From a candidate division WOR-3 bacterium (GTDB taxonomy: Bacteria; Hydrothermota; Tepidihabitantia; SM23-42; JAOAFX01), in the NCBI GenBank assembly GCA_039802265.1, contig JBDRWI010000053.1, forward strand, positions 1-15,654: a DNA stretch of 15,654 bases. Direction: 5' to 3'. The notes beneath the pieces were generated by a model. That model was not told the origin of the DNA. It searched no databases and worked only from the letters and a program-made list of their open reading frames with translations. Shown piece after piece: positions 14,763 to 15,654 of the stretch. A program made the translations under genes and the position numbers. The first letter of the stretch is position 1; each line of letters starts with the position of its first letter.

Positions 14763-14786
14763 TCTGCCTCCTCGGATATATCAAAT

Positions 14787-14872
14787 CCCTCTCCCCCTGT
14801 GGAAGAGGGCAAGGGTGAGGGGTAACCAATTTTATCACCCTCACCTTAATCCTCTCCCGTCAAGGGAGAGGA
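14787..14872. repeat. Inverted pair of BoxC/REP-like repeats
   Basis: CCCTCTCCCCCTGTGGAAGAGGGCAAGGGTGAGGGG followed by CACCCTCACCTTAATCCTCTCCC-GTCAA-GGGAGAGGA. Confidence 0.75.
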
Positions 14873-15022
14873 TAATCTTATTAAATTTCATAGCATTTTT
14901 ATGCACATAAGTAGCGCGACTACATACCCTTGATTTAATAAGGGGGCTATTAAGCCTTACCCTATTAAAATTATTTTTCTTTTTTCGCGTTACCATAAGT
15001 CTTTTTAGTTTTATTAAAAGAC

Positions 15023-15654
15023 TCAACGTCCAACACAGACAAGATATACATCATAGCTATATAAGTTTGTTTTTGTGTATCCGCAGATAATACAATCTCC
15101 CATTGAATTTAATAGTGACGAACGTCCGTAATTATACTGCCAGTCTCCAATGTTATATTCTTTTATTTTATTTCCACTACCATCAGTCTCAAGGTAATAG
15201 ATATCTATATCATTCCCGATATCGGTAATATAACCAACCACGACAAACCTTCCATCTGGTGATTCTTCCACCGAATAGCCATTATCAGTATAGGTGCTGC
15301 CATAGGTCTTTTCCCATATCAGATTTCCCGAATTATCTGTCTCTATCAGATATATATTCCCATTTCCACCTACAATTATATACCCATTATCTGTAGTCTG
15401 TTTTACCATATTACCACAGTCAGAGAGACTGGTGCCATAGGTTCTTGTCCATAGTGTATCGCCGCTGGCATTGGTCTTGATAAGATAGACATCACCGCTG
15501 CTTCCGGTGGAGTATGTGTAACCAGCAATGATAAAACCGTTATCATTACATACCTGAACTGAATTACCACCATCTAACCCGGCCCCCCCATAGGTCCTTG
15601 TCCATAAAGTATCACCATTGAAATCGGTCTTGATCAACCACACATCTCCTGAGC
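15023..15654 (-). CDS. Beta-propeller repeat protein, 5'-partial (C-terminal part only)
   Basis: Repeats of the type LIKTD..GDTLWTRTYGG...G.SV...D.GFIIAG. The frame stays open to the window edge, so GTG 15643 is not the true start. Confidence 0.85.
   Translation of the reverse strand, partial: SGDVWLIKTDFNGDTLWTRTYGGAGLDGGNSVQVCNDNGFIIAGYTYSTGSSGDVYLIKTNASGDTLWTRTYGTSLSDCGNMVKQTTDNGYIIVGGNGNIYLIETDNSGNLIWEKTYGSTYTDNGYSVEESPDGRFVVVGYITDIGNDIDIYYLETDGSGNKIKEYNIGDWQYNYGRSSLLNSMGDCIICGYTKTNLYSYDVYLVCVGR

Noticed and set aside
3843..14818. Numerous plus-strand and alternate-frame ORFs in the supplied track
   Set aside because: They are shadows of well-supported minus-strand genes and show no motifs.
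14841..15026. 61-aa ORF between the partial propeller gene and the lipoprotein gene
   Set aside because: Low-complexity intergenic sequence ending within a BoxC-like repeat; no recognisable domain.

Overview
Bacterial window in which every credible gene lies on the minus strand. The style of the secreted beta-propeller proteins with a FlgD/T9SS-like tail suggests an FCB-related candidate lineage such as WOR-3, but this is inference only. The left ~3.6 kb is an AT-rich accessory island of repeated modules. Each module has a strong promoter, a conserved structured RNA-like leader ending in a terminator (42 nt identical in two copies), a heptamer repeat tract, a cargo gene with its own promoter and paired palindromic operators, and a shared 18-bp end motif. 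The cargos are an HTH-MNT/HEPN toxin-antitoxin pair and an AAA_14/DUF4143 ATPase. Next to the island is a 255-bp MITE with Tn5/IS50-like ends and a 9-bp target duplication. The rest of the window holds a secreted SBBP-type beta-propeller protein, an orphan Wzc-like tyrosine kinase, two acyl-CoA dehydrogenases with complementary motif loss (probable heteromeric enzyme), a Ser/Thr kinase-UvrD/PcrA helicase fusion, an ARPP-1/DUF6569-like gene, a lipoprotein and a partial beta-propeller gene. The best candidates for something new are the kinase-helicase fusion with its ARPP-1-like neighbour and the ncRNA/heptamer cassette array.
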